NCBI GenBank assembly: GCA_951406725.2
Contig: OX597833.1
Coordinates: forward strand, 71,672,001-71,736,000
Reading direction: 5' to 3'
DNA length: 64,000 bases
From: Octopus vulgaris
Taxonomy: Eukaryota
The stretch's first letter is position 1. Each line of letters opens with the position of its first letter. A model generated the notes under the pieces. It was not told the origin of the DNA and did no database searches. It saw nothing but the letters and a program-made list of their open reading frames with translations. The position numbers were made by a program, and so were the translations under genes. Shown in pieces: positions 63,217-64,000 of this stretch.

Positions 63217-63499
63217 TCACTTCTTGATATCCTGTTGCTTACTGATTATATATGTGTGTGTGTGTGTGTGTTAAAAATGGGGAAGGGCGGTTTATGGGAT
63301 TACCTTAGGTTTCCCGTCCATAAACGGTTAAGCTTTATGGCGTATCGTCAGATCCCCAAACCCTGTTGGCCCAAGACCTCTTAAAATACGGAGGGGCAAA
63401 TAGCTCGCTTCGGCAGAGCGATTCTGATAATCTGGTGTTAGGCCTCACTATACAAATGCTTCAGATAAAAGCGTTAGACGAGTAGAGAGCATAATAATA

Positions 63500-63960
63500 A
63501 GAGATTAACTAAATGGCGACGGGACAGGAAGTTGTGTAGTGAACATCCTTAGCTTGCAATCGTTTCTGCTACTATAAGATTCAATGCACTTAAAGCTGGA
63601 GTGCTTGCGTCAGTCTGTGACTTCGACGGAGCAGCTTCAAAAATGAAGTGCGTGCACGTGCGCGCGCGTGGATGTGTATGTGTGTGCGCGACTGCGAGTT
63701 TATGTGTTGAATACATTTCTTGTTTAAGCGTGAAGCCTGCGGTTCAGAGGGAGGAAGTGGGTGGGCCAGCTTCTTGCATCATCGGCAGCATCAAAGTGAA
63801 GCAAGCTGCAAGCTGCAAGCTACCACTGCCTCTCGTGCGCCGAGGTCAGCAGGTGCTCAGCGTTCGCCAGCAAACATTTCAATATCATATTTATTCATTT
63901 ATTCACGCTTATCAGGAGATATTTTTATATTCAGGCTGTAACACATGATATTCTGGTATG
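63500..63960 (+). promoter_or_regulatory. CpG-rich promoter-like region, possibly the start of a neighbouring gene
   Basis: YY1-like AAATGGCG 63511-63518, ETS-like ACAGGAAGT 63524-63532 and GAGGAAGTG ~63751, E-box CACGTG 63655-63660 within a GC run. Possible ATG at 63945 and donor TG|GTATGC at 63955/63956. Confidence 0.3.
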
Positions 63961-64000
63961 CGTAGGTATTCCTGTCTTCTTCCCGAAGATAAACAAACTC

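Overview
AT-rich, microsatellite-saturated eukaryotic DNA. The repeat content (tRNA-derived SINEs, RTE and Dong/R4 LINE remnants, Tc1/mariner, Helitron and piggyBac-type MITEs) looks like an Octopus/coleoid cephalopod genome; this is an inference from repeat families I recognise. The only convincing host gene is on the minus strand and encodes an uncharacterised ~8-TM, TspO/MBR-related membrane protein. A single short coding exon (30401-30296, TM1, ending in a phase-1 GT donor) lies upstream of two intact paralogous terminal exons (16482-15689 and 3669-2885, about 37% aa identity by hand alignment). Both start with the identical phase-1 acceptor context ag|GTATCTACAC. I found no second first exon, which suggests one constant exon spliced to alternative duplicated 7-TM terminal exons (299 aa and 296 aa isoforms). 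The second striking feature is a dense, diverse set of long palindromes and solo elements beside (TA)n/(TG)n/(AAT)n tracts. Most carry minimal type-I hammerhead ribozyme cores (CTGANGA...GAAA...TH), consistent with Penelope-like pseudo-LTR derivatives, and one has a tRNA-derived Pol III head. Also noted: a cluster of Su(H)/CSL sites at 35.4-36.1 kb, a candidate non-coding first exon and promoter at 57.6-58.9 kb, and a promoter-like CpG-rich stretch at the right end.
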